A stretch of 58,881 nucleotides of DNA, counting the filler, from Sphacelaria rigidula (Eukaryota): NCBI GenBank assembly GCA_964200075.2. It is 6 parts of 6 records of this genome, joined end to end, with 100 filler letters (N's around TTAATTAATTAA, not from the genome) between each part and the next. Parts side by side here need not be neighbours in the genome. Positions count along the whole stretch, not along the records: positions 1 to 9,732 come from CAXNAA020007877.1; positions 9,833 to 19,564 come from CAXNAA020007878.1; 4 more parts are not named here. The stretch is one strand, 5' to 3'. Position 1 is the stretch's first letter. Each line of letters begins with the position of its first letter. A model generated the notes under the pieces. It did no database searches, was not told the DNA's origin, and saw nothing but the letters and a program-made list of their open reading frames with translations. Shown piece by piece: positions 1 through 11,110 of this stretch. The position numbers were made by a program, and so were the translations under genes.

Positions 1-150
1 CCGAGGTTTCGAGATTGGCCGCTGATAAAAAAATCGTAGGAAAAAATCTGTTCTTGCCGACCCCCGCCAGTTTGCCCAATAATCTGTGGATCGGCAAGCA
101 CAGATTTTTTCTCACGAATTTTCGATCAGTGTCCAATCTCGAAACCTCGG
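1..150. repeat. Imperfect palindrome / MITE-like foldback with ~60-bp arms
   Basis: 1-60 (CCGAGGTTTCGAGATTGG...CTTGCCGA) is the reverse complement of 91-150 with about 8 mismatches. The outer 18 bp match perfectly. It lies at the contig edge, so no TSD can be checked. Confidence 0.8.
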
Positions 151-3100
151 AGCCAAGCGAATCTGAAAAGCAGACTGGGCTTCTCTCTGTGGGGTGATGC
201 AAAGTGTCCGAGACATGAGTTGGCGGTTTCCCCTGCTTGGGGATCAGAAGGTGGGTCAAACGTCCCAAAAGTGAACAATCCGTGGGCCAAAACAAAAATC
301 TGTTCGCCATAACATCCGGCCTTAAATGGATTTTTTTGTCAGTTTCCCATGCTCACTAGGTGCGTTTTGTGGAGCCTTGAGATGAGGAAAGTTTCAAGTC
401 AATTTCTGAAGCTGTCATTACCGAATTGTCGGAATTCCCTGCTCGGAGGTTGGTCGCTCCATCTTTTATTACAATATTGGAATCCCCAAAGCCACACGAT
501 TTTTTTAATCAAATTTGAGAGTAGAGCTCGTGTTGAATACATATGATAATTCGGCACAACTCGGGTGCGCTTTTTTGTTGACGCTTTCCAGCAGAGTGAC
601 GGCCGTTTTGAGCGATCTCTTCGAATGTTTTGGATTCTTTGATTCCGCGTATTTGAAATGTTCATGCCCAGTTACTGTTGCGCCACAGTTGTCGGTGTGT
701 GTCATTCCGTCTGTGTACAGATACATACATGTATATGATCGATTGTGCGCACTGCCGACGTTTTTGATGAGAAGGTATAACCAAGGATGCCACTACGAGA
801 CCCAGATTTGGCCATGCTGAGCGAAGGCAGACATGTGCTCAGCATGAGTAGCTTTCTCGGTTTTTGGTATCTTGTGCATAGCCCACGAGGAAGCCAATCT
901 CGGCCATGATGCAAGCGGGCGGCTGCTTGTAGTGAACACAAAATAGACATGACACTCTCAAGGGCCCGAAATTGGTGTGATTGTCTTGAACTATGGTGGC
1001 CATCCTATACTGCGGTAACAACCACTGGTTGAATATCACGGTATGCTGTTCACATACACGGAATTCGAGTCTTCCTTGGCTCTGTGACGGTTCACGTGCG
1101 TCCATACGTTGGGTCGGCGTTATAGTCACTTGAAAAATGAAGGGGGCTTCGGTATTTATCTGCGTGCGCTGGAAGAGTCAAGTGCTTTCTCTTCGTGCTT
1201 TCGATTATCTTTTTTGTCATCTTTGCTTGCGCTCACTTGTTTTCACTACTTATGCCATCGTTGTGATATTTTTTCTCACCTGCTTACAAATACGGAACCA
1301 TAGGAATTGCGACAAATGGCACATGGCAAGGCCCAGAGACTAGCAAGACAGGAGGGGGAGCTGCCTGATGGTGGGAAAGATTACAACGCCGACCAATCCA
1401 TCTGGCAAAGATTTTAGTGGAAATCGCATCATCAGGCTGCCCGCATTTTCAGGGGGAGGCAATGCAACATGGGTACCGTGTGAGAGGTTGCGGGTGAAAA
1501 GATTTTGGCAAAAGTATAGCGCATGAAGGTAGCGCCGGCGGTTTCAGAGTTCTCAGGGAAACCGAAGCAGGCGTTCCACGGCACATTATGTGGCCACATT
1601 TCATCGTGTAGACCTACTCACTGCCCATCGTTAGGATGTGGAGAATAACCAAGAAGTGGGTATGGTGGCGACATACTTGAATCGATAAGATGCGAACTGA
1701 CTTGCCCGCGGTTGCTGATGAGCAGGCGTGTGCTGCAGGGATATCTGAGCCCTTTGTTTGGCCTATGCGTTTCGAGGTCGACGTCGTATGACATGTGCTG
1801 CGACATGGACTTGCATGCGCTGTGCGGAACCGGCGACGGGGACAGCGGTTTGATCGATGTGGGGTCGATCTTTTGATTCAATGCATCCGCCCAGTATCAA
1901 GTGAATGTCCCGAAAGCGTGCGCTCTCTCGAAACGAAAACTGCCCCCCGAGACTGATCGGGTACTCCAATAGCCGTGACTCAGTTTTTGGCTGTGGTGCG
2001 GTGGTCGGGTTATTGGAGTTTAATACGTCCGTGGAAGTGCAGCTAGACGCATGGGTTCCCTCTCCCATGCACGTGCCAAGGTGACATCCTCCATTCCATT
2101 CCACCCCACTCAACTTCCCTCTCAAATGCCGGACTGCGTTGTTTTTTATCTGTTGCCCCCCTTCTCCCCTCATTTGTTGTTTGGGCCTTTGTGGAGCGTT
2201 TCCCCCTATGGCGACGTACTTCGCCTCCCACCTTGATGCAGTATCCTTCGTCATTTTTTCCATGTTTGATATGTTCTCAATGCCCCCTGTTGAAATGCAA
2301 ACGAAAGTCCTTTGAGGGCAGTGTTGACATGGTGAATGGTGGTGTCGGGTGCGGTTTTCGGTGTTTGTTGCTAGCTTTCGAAGTTTGTCTTTTACTGTCG
2401 TGTATTTTTTCTGTTACGCCTTTCTAAGTGAGGGAGGAGTTGGGCGGGTTGGAAATGGAGAGAAAGCTGAGTACCATAGTAGTGATATTTTTTAAAACTA
2501 CAGAGGTGCTGATTTTGTCCCGTACATATTGCGGTCAATACTAGAATCACAAGGTGCGCCTCACATCCACGCGCTCGCCGTCATCGGACTTGGCGGTCAA
2601 ACAACATCGACAAGCGTGCACAATTGTACTGCATTGTTCCTTCGTGGAGTATTGAAAAGATACGAAGGGCGATAGGTATTTTTGGTTTATATCGTTCGTG
2701 TTGTGAGGGTTTTCTGATGGGATGTGTGTGTGTGTGTGCGTATTGACGCGGCGTGTTTCATGTTTTGTGTGTGTGGAGGACGAAGAGTCTGTGCCTGCTG
2801 TGCTGTATTCTCGTGCTCTCTCATACGATAGCAGTGCGATGTGAACGCTCAAGATAACGTGAAACTGTGTTTGTTTTTTATTTTTGTTTTCGTTTTTTTT
2901 GTTTTTTCCTGGTAATGTCTAGTACAGCACGTGCAAACCCGGGTAAAGAGTGTGCATTTACGGCGCACCAAAACAGAGGATGGCACTTTAGTGTGAGAGG
3001 GATCCATGGCCACACTCTCGTGGCGTGTTGGTGCTGATTGATATACACGCATTTGATTCTGCGCCGTGGACACTGCTTGTTTGTAGTGTTGGCCGTATCC

Positions 3101-3989
3101 CCTCTTTTATTTGGTAAAACACAGTGATCCGTGCCAAGTAAGTCGGTTTGGTTAATGTTACGTTGTGTGGCCGAAGGCAAGTCGGAGACAATTTTATCGG
3201 GCACTAACACCCCAAGAACCAGTAGATGGCGTAGATCAGACGGTGATCGTTAATATAGCGAGGGTGGAATAGGACGATACTTCTGAGGACAGGAGCGGGT
3301 CAAGTGCTCCGACGGTATTCTCGGGTGAGGTCGACTCTTTGAGCACTCGTGCTTGAAGTAATTTGTCAGGTCCTTGTAGATGGCTGTGCTGGGTGATGCG
3401 CGGTACCTGCTCGGGCTTGCTGCTTGTACGGATAGTAAGAGTTGCCGGTCCTACAGTATCAGGCCACTTTTTCTCCTTGCGCCAGTGAATTAATGTATCA
3501 GCCTCACGCTCAAAATACGCATACTGATGGATATTCCCTGAGGACGATGTCAACAACTGTTGGTTCGTGAATTGTTATACTTACCCTCCTGATGGCGTTG
3601 ATGTTTTGCGCAATTGATGTGGGGAGAGGTAGAGTGGAACTAGCACTGGAGCGAGGAAATAAAAACAGATTGTATCGTATTGCACCACTCTGCTGGCATG
3701 ATTGTATCAAGCGCGGAACGACTCCAAGAAATATTTCATGAGAAGGTTGTTGTTGGCTCTTTCGCGATTGCGGGCTGTGGTACCAATACTTGAGTCGACA
3801 AAGTTGTAAACCCTCGTGCAGCATGGAGAGGTCTCGCTCACACCGCGTCGCATATCAGGTGGTCCGAAATCGTGAAAGACGAAAAAAAAAGTGCTAGAGC
3901 GTGTTTGGCCATGCTCGATTCCAACCTCACAAAGTGAAGTTGGTTTCTGCTGCGGGTGAAAGTTCGCCACGCCAGGAGCACAGCCCCCT

Positions 3990-4096
3990 TTGACCCTTAT
4001 AGACAGCGGTGCGGGTAGTCCATCTAGATAACGCGTACTTTTTTCAAATGAACATTGATGCCGATTCAGCAGGTGACCTACCCTCGAAAGGGTTAA
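3990..4096 (+). mobile_element. ~105-bp piggyBac-type MITE (TTAA-CCCTT...AAGGG-TTAA), copy 1
   Basis: Termini read TTGA-CCCTT ... AAAGGG-TTAA. The internal sequence (GCGGGTAGTCCATCT...TTGATGCCGATTCAGCAGGTGACCTAC) is shared with 40401-40507 and 47603-47710 on another contig. Confidence 0.7.
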
Positions 4097-7000
4097 GGAT
4101 CCGGATTTCGGTGTCTACACTCAAATCCAATACTGCACCTGTCCACAAGCCGTAATTTTCCGAGAACTATATTGAATTACCAAGTAGTGAAGTCTACTGT
4201 CAAAATCGAACTCAAAATCGAAGTCTTGAGTAAGAGTGACTGCCAGGGATATCAGGTCCCAATGGAAATTCTGAAGCCCCTATCGATTTCGGTTCTTTGG
4301 GGATAACTTTGTCAAACAGACACCAAACACACCCTGCTATAAGGGGCACCTGGACACACAGCAGTTGCCGCTGTCTACCTAGTATGATCCTCCAATTCTA
4401 AGGGTTGAGTGAGAACCCCCAGCGTTTGGTGCCCATGTACAAGGAAGGGTGATCTTCATCTAATAACGTGCTCCAAAACGTACGAGACGAGGGGGCAACA
4501 CCCCCGTACAGACAAGAGCAATGCTAGCGGATCCTACGTTCTGGGAGTCGGTGGCAGTCTGACAGCCGGCAAGGTGGTTATGGTATAGTGTTCTTGTAGC
4601 GATGCCAACCTACAGTGCACTCGAGCAGGGTTTGCAGGTGAATATTTCGGCGATTGCGCCTAACCTACAGTTCACCCAGATGTTGTGAATTTTTTCTCGA
4701 TATCACCGAGTATCATCATCACAAGGGCAGGTCGAGTAAAATATACTTAATTGCGGGGTATTTCAAAAGTCGTACTTAAATTAAACTACACGATTTGAGT
4801 GTAGGGTTTTAGGAATCAACTTACATCTATTTTTTGGGTACGACTCCCAACACTTCACCCTAAGTTGAGTACCCCGACTAGGTCTTTCGATACTTGGCAG
4901 TCACTTCCTCGAGTACCTTCGTTTGTGATGCTGTCAAGAAGCTGTTGTCAAGCGCTGCCACCGCGTGTCACAGCAGCAGGATCGTTCTGGAATTCGTTTC
5001 GCAAGACGACCAAAGTTTTCAAAACGGAAAAAGCATCGCGCGCACCGATCGCTCTTGTTTTTCTCGCACAGGAATTGTGTTTGCTTCGCCCGGCGATTGG
5101 GGCGCAAGCATGCAGCATCGATCGTGCACGGCATGCTCCCGACTGCATCACCTTGCTAGGATATCGGGCGCTGTAGTCACTTCCTCTGCTGAGCTAGTGC
5201 CGATGCTATCAACAAGTCGTTGTCAAGCACAGCAGCACGAGCGACTTGTGGTTCGCTCGTCGCGTCGAGAAGCAGTCCAAACGGCGGAAGCATCGCGCTC
5301 ACCGATGGATTCATTTTTCTCTCGCGCAGCGATTGTGTTTCTTACACCCAGCGATTGGGCCGCACGCATGCATCATCGACCGTGTGCGGCATGCTACCGA
5401 CTGCAGTGCGATACTTGGCAGTCACTTCCTCGAGTACCTTCGTTTGTGATGCTGTCAAGAAGCTGTTGTCAAGCGCTGTCACCGCGTGTCACAGCAGCAG
5501 GATCGTTCTGGAATTCGTTTCAAAGACGACCAGAGTTTTGAAAACGGAAAAAGCATCGCGCGCACCGATCGCTTTTGTGTTTCTCGCACAGCAATTGTGT
5601 TTGCTTCACCCGGCGACAGGGGCGCAAGTATGCAGCATCGATCGTGTACGGCATGCTACCGACTGCGATGCCTTGCTAGGATATCGGGTGCTTTAGTCAT
5701 TCCCTCTGCTGAGCTAGTGCCGATGCTGTCAACAAGTTGTTGTTATGCACAGCAGCACGAGCGACTTGTGGTTCGCTCGCCGCGTGGAGGAACAATCCAA
5801 ACAGCGGAAGCATCGCGCTCTCCGATGGGTTAATTTCTCTCTCGCCCAGCGATTGTGTTTCTTACACCCAGCGATTAGGCCGTACGCATGCATCATCGAC
5901 CGTGTGCGGCATGCTACCGATTGCAATGCCCTGCTGGGATATCCGACGCTGTAGTCACTTCCTATGCTGAGCTGGTGCCGATGGTATCAATACGTTGTTG
6001 TCAAGCACAGCAGCACGAGCGACTTGTGTTTCGCATGCCGCGTGGAGGAACAATCCAAACCGCGGAAGCATCGCGCTCACCGATAGATTCATTTCTCTCG
6101 CGCGCAGCGATTGTGTTTGTTTCACCCAGCAATTGGGCCGCACGCATGCATCATCGACCGTGTGCGGCATGCTACCGACTGCAGTGCCACACTCGGCTAT
6201 CGCTCGCTGGAGTCACATCGTCTGCGATGCTGTCAAGAAGCTGTTGTCGAGCGCTGTCACCGCGTACATCAGCAGCAGGATCGTTCTGGAATTCGTTTCG
6301 TGGGACGACCAAAGTGTTCAAGACGAAAAAAGCATCTCGCGCACCGATCGCTTTTGTGTTTTTCACACAGCAATCGTGTTTAGTTCGCCCGGCCACAGGG
6401 GCGCAAGCATGCAGCATCAATCGTGTACAACATACTCCCGACTGCAATGCCTTGCTAGGATATCGGGCGCTGTAGTCACTTCCTCTGCTGAGCTAGCGCC
6501 GATGCTGTCGACAAGTTGTTGTCATGCACAGCAGCACGAGCGACTTGTGTTTCGCATGCCGCGTGGAGGAACAATCCAAACGGCAGAAGCATCGCGCTCA
6601 CCGATGGATCAATATCTCTCGCCCCGCGATTGTGTTTGCTTCACCCGGCGACACGGGCGCAAACATGCATCATCGACCGTGTGCGGCATGCAACCGCTTG
6701 CAGTGCCACACTTGGCTATCGCTCGCTGGAGTCACATCGTCTGCGATGCTGTCATCAAGCTGTTTTCAAGCGCTGTCGCCACGTGTCACAGCAGCAGGAT
6801 CGTCCTGGAATTCGTTTCGTAAGACGAACTTCAAGACGGAAAAAGCATCGCGCGCACCGATCGCTCTTGTTTTTCTCGCACAACACATGTGTTCGCTTCG
6901 CCCGGCGATTGGGGCACAAGCATGCAGCATCAATCGTGTACAGCATACTCCCGACTGCAATGCCCTGCGAGGATATCGGGCGCTGTAGTCACTTCCTCTG

Positions 7001-8143
7001 CTGAGCTAGCGCCGATGCTATCAACAAGTCGTTGTCATGCACAGCAGCACGAGCGACTTGTGGTTCACATGCCGCGTGAAGAATGGTCCAAAGGGCAGAA
7101 GCATCGCGCTCTCCGATGGGTTCATTGCTGTTCCGCCCCGCGATTGTGTTTGTTTCACCCAGCGATTCGGCCGCACGCATGTATCATCGACCGTGTGCGG
7201 CATGCTACCGACTTCAATGCCCTGCAAGCATATCGGACGCTGCAGTCACTTCCTCTGCTGAGCTAGCGTCGATGGTATCAATACGTTGTTGGCAAGCACA
7301 GCAGCACGAGCGACTTGTGCTTGGCTTGCCGCGCCCACAAACAATCCAAACAGTGAAAGCATCGCGCTCACCGATCGCTCTTGTTTTCGTCGCGCAGCAA
7401 TCGTGTTTTTATCACCCAGCGATTAGCCCGCACGCATGCATCATCGATCGTGTGCGGCATGCTACCGACTGCAGTGCCATACTTGGCTATCGCTCGCTGA
7501 AGTCACATCGTCTGGGATGCTGTCAAGAAGCTGTTGTCAAGCGCTGTCACCGCGTGTCACAGCGGCAGCATCGTTCTGGAATTCGTTTCGTAAGACGACC
7601 AGAGTTTTCAAAACGGAAAAAGCATCGCGCGCACCGATCGCTTTTGTTTTCTCGCGCAGTAATTGTGTTCGCTTCGCCCGGCGACAGGGGTGCAAGCATG
7701 CAGCATCGATCGTGTACAGCATACTCCCGACTGCACGGCCTTGCTAGGATATCGGGCGCTGTAGTCACTTCCTCTGCTGAGCTAGCGCCGATGCTATCAA
7801 CGAGTTGTTGTCAAGCACAGCAGCACGAGCGACTTGTGTTTCGCATGCCGCGTGGAGGAACAATCCAAACCTCGAAAGCATCGCGCTCACCGATGGATCC
7901 ATATCTCTCGCACGCAGCGATTGTGTTTGTTTCACCCAGCGATTCGGCCGCAAGCATGCGTCATCGATCGTGTGCGGCATGCTGCGGACTGCAGTGCCAT
8001 ACCTTGTATCGCTGGCTGGAGTCACATCGTCTGCGATGCTGTCAAGAAGCTGTTGTCGAGCGCTGTCACCGCGTATATCAGCAGCAGGATCGTTCCGTCA
8101 TTCGTTTCGTGGGACGACCAAAGTTTTCAAGACGAAAAAAGTA

Positions 8144-8602
8144 GGGTCTTGCTATTTACGTCAATGTTGACGCACTGTGTTACATCCGCAACATTGACGC
8201 ACTGTGTTACATCCGCCAACATTGACCTACTGTGTTACATCCGCCAACATTGACGTACTGTGTTACATCCACCAACATTGACGTAATCTGTTACATCCGT
8301 CAACGTTCAGCATCCATCCCACAAGCCCCGCATGGACACAGCAACACATGGAAAACACTCACACAGTCTCTGGCTATCGTTCAAGCCATCGCACGGAGCA
8401 AACGGACCCGTACCGGATGAGATACGTGCTTATGGCGAAGTGAGGGGCTTGTGGGACGGATGCTGAACGTTGACGGATGTAACAGATTACGTCAATGTTG
8501 GCGGATGTAACAGATTACGTCAATGTTGGCGGATGTAACACAGTACGTCAATGTTGGCGGATGTAACACAGTGCGTCAACATTGACGTAAATAGCAAGAC
8601 CC
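8144..8602. mobile_element. Foldback / Mutator-like MITE with modular TIRs and 9-bp TSD
   Basis: TIRs GGGTCTTGCTATTTACGTCAATGTTGACGCACTGTGTTACATCCG... and ...CGGATGTAACACAGTGCGTCAACATTGACGTAAATAGCAAGACCC. The arms are built from ~28-bp tandem units. Perfect TSD AAAAAAGTA at 8135-8143 and 8603-8611. The satellite monomer resumes after the element. Confidence 0.9.
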
Positions 8603-9113
8603 AAAAAAGTACGCGTGCTCCGATCGCTTTTGTGTTTCTCGCACAGCAATCGTGTTTACTTCGCCCGGCGATTGGGGTGCAAGCGTGCAGCATCGATCGT
8701 GTACAATACACTCCCGACTACGATGCCTTCCTAGGATATCGGACGCTGTAGTCACTTCCTCTGCTGAGCTAGCGCCGATGCTGTCGACAAGTTGTTGTCA
8801 TGCACAGCAGCACGAGCGACTTGTGTTTCGCTCGCCGCGTCGAGAAGCAATCCAAACGGCAGAAGCATCGCGCTCACCGATGGATCAATATCTCTCGCCC
8901 CGCGATTGTGCTTTTATCACCCAGCGATTAGCCCGCACGCATGCATCATCGACCGTGTGCGGCATGCAACCGACTGCAATGCCACACTTGGCTATCGCTC
9001 GCTGGAGTCACATCATCTGGGATGCTGTCATCAAGCTGTTGTCAAGCGCTGTCGCCGCGTGTCACAGCGGCAGGACCGTTCTGTCATTCGTTTCGTAAGA
9101 CGACCAAAGTTTT

Positions 9114-9373
9114 CACACGTTGGACAGCCCATAACCTACCTGGATATTACTTGTTATTAGAGTACTGATCCGGATCATGAGCTAGCTCATTAGGTCACTA
9201 TTTCCGTATTATTAGCTCTCGACAGCGATGGACCCCGAGCATGCGGCGTAGCGGGAAGGTAACGCTTTGGCTTCTTGGACACTGCTGTCACGCGTTTTGT
9301 GTTTCTGTACAATGGATCTAAGAGTTCTCTTCGATTAGATCTATCACGTAGCTCATGACCTGTCCGACGTGTG
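9114..9373. mobile_element. 260-bp non-autonomous DNA transposon (8-bp TSD, hAT-like)
   Basis: 14-bp TIRs CACACGTTGGACAG / CTGTCCGACGTGTG (1 mismatch). Perfect TSD AAAGTTTT at 9106-9113 and 9374-9381. It interrupts satellite monomer A. Confidence 0.88.
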
Positions 9374-9732
9374 AAAGTTTTCAAGACGGAAAAAGCATCG
9401 CGCGCACCGATCGCTTTTTTTGTTTTTCTCGCACAACAAATGTGTTTGCTTCGCCCGGCGACAGGGGCGCGAGCATGCAGCATCGATCCTAGATCAGGTA
9501 TACCTGGATGAAATTTGGCCTACGAAAGATAAGCGGTTTCTGGAGGCGAGACGTCCGTTTTCGCGTGGCCATATCTTTCGAGTGACATGTTTTCTCACGT
9601 TTTTTTCGAGGCCCGGGTGCCAATGCCCCCCCCGAATGATGTGCGTGCAAAATTCGGGGCGAAAACAGTCAAAATGGCGTGTTTGGCTGTTTTTGCGTTT
9701 GTGGCCATTTTTCGTACCTTTCTTGGGCCAAA

Positions 9733-9832
9733 NNNNNNNNNNNNNNNNNNNNNNNNNNNNNNNNNNNNNNNNNNNNTTAATTAATTAANNNNNNNNNNNN
9801 NNNNNNNNNNNNNNNNNNNNNNNNNNNNNNNN
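9733..9832. other. Artificial contig linker N44-TTAATTAATTAA-N44
   Basis: 100-bp spacer with stops in all six frames; the same spacer occurs five times in the window. Confidence 0.98.
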
Positions 9833-9899
9833 CTCATTTGAGTATTTGCTACTACCACCAAGATCTGCACCGGGGCACGTTTCACTCCGCCTCGCGGCC
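9833..9899 (-). rRNA. Short fragment of nuclear LSU (28S) rRNA
   Basis: The reverse complement contains GGTGCAGATCTTGGTGGTAGTAGCAAATACTCAAATGAG, a conserved eukaryotic 28S segment. It is truncated by the contig edge and followed by non-rDNA sequence. Confidence 0.8.
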
Positions 9900-11110
9900 G
9901 GACCGGAGACTACACTTTCGCTGTGTCATGGCACCATCATGTTTGCACGGTCCCTCGATCACCTCCGGTGTCTTGAGCAAAAATTGAATTGCAATCTTTG
10001 GAGTTTGCTCAGGTAAAGCATGTTAATATTTTTTCGCGCATGACCCTGGATAAGCGCGAATACAAAACCTTCAATACCATTTATTTTTCTCCGTGAGTTA
10101 TTGACAATTTTGTTCCGAAAAACGGTTCTGAAATGTTCCGTGGACTTCAATGTTTTTTTTACCGTTCTTGGACAAAAATTCTTGTTTGGCCAAAATAAAA
10201 ACTGCGGGCACCGGAAAACGGGAAAATTTCCTCGAACCACCTCAGCTAGTAGAGCAAGTGATTTCAAGGTGTCAATCTCTGCCTAGCTCTCTTTTGGGTT
10301 GTAAAACGACGTGAAAGCTCCAAAAATGCACTTTGTAGATATCCTTTTTGTCCATAATAAGGAGCGACCTAAGGAAGACCGAGCCAGCACTTCCCCAGGC
10401 TGGTTCAGACCCCTCCCCTTTTGTGAGAGGGAAGATATGTTTCGGAAAACTATACGACGACCGTCAGCATAATGATTCATAGCACAAGTAGCGCTTCCAG
10501 GCAACAGGCTCACCTACCGACTGGAAGCTGCTACTGTGTGCAATAGATGGAGCCGTGTATCTCCCGCACACGTGTACTGGAAATAATATTTAGCCTTTCC
10601 GGGTCTCTGATGGTATTCATCAGTGGAAATAGTCACGTCACCGAAACACTGACGTTTTGGGGGTAATTCCATTCCATGGAAACTGCTTTTCAGATGAGCT
10701 TTCCACTTGGATTTGCGAGGTGATGGCGGTTACTTCAAAGTGAAGCATACGTGGAGATGATGTTACAATTGGGTCGGGGATCTGCATTTCAAGATTGGCC
10801 GCTGCTTGGTCGAGGTACTTTGTCGCCCTGCTTTTTGCCCTCATTCCACCACTATGGTCTTCGACAAAAATCCGCCCGTATCCCCTCTCTAGTTGTCCAT
10901 GGTGACCAGTGTGGTATCATGCATGCGACATTTGGGCAGGTATCGCTGAAGGCAGTTGCTGGTGAGAGTGCATTATTGGCTGCAAATAATATCCAAGTCC
11001 AGTCTTGCTCACGCTGACGGCGTTCCACAACCGTTGCCCATCATGTATAATTGGAAGTACATGAGTTGCTGAACTGCCCCCTCCCTCTCCGCGCCTTTGT
11101 CATGACTCAG

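Larger units (their letters stand above)
4889..9488 (+). repeat. Complex satellite of two related ~250-270 bp monomers (A, B) with higher-order AB-ABB organisation
   Basis: The A marker GATGCTGTCA occurs at 4927, 5448, 6226, 6745, 7516, 8035 and 9021, giving spacings of 521, 778, 519, 771, 519 and 986 (518 after removing the insertion). There are eight B monomers marked by AGTCACTTCCTCTGCTGAGCTAG or variants. A and B share AAGCATCGCGC.CACCGAT and CATGCA.CATCGA motifs. Confidence 0.92.

Noticed and set aside
200..3980. Possible decayed transposon coding sequence in contig 1
   Set aside because: Only short ORFs, with no motif I could assign.
8160..8590. Regular ~28-bp repeats resembling a CRISPR array
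   Set aside because: The units are directly tandem without unique spacers, inverted between the two arms and bounded by a TSD. There are no cas genes and the context is eukaryotic.
4865..9483. Many 60-350 aa ORFs in the satellite as real genes
   Set aside because: They occur in all frames, shift frame between monomers and have no recognisable domain or splice structure.
9777..9788. TTAATTAATTAA as a biological motif
   Set aside because: It is part of the synthetic linker, repeated identically at every join.
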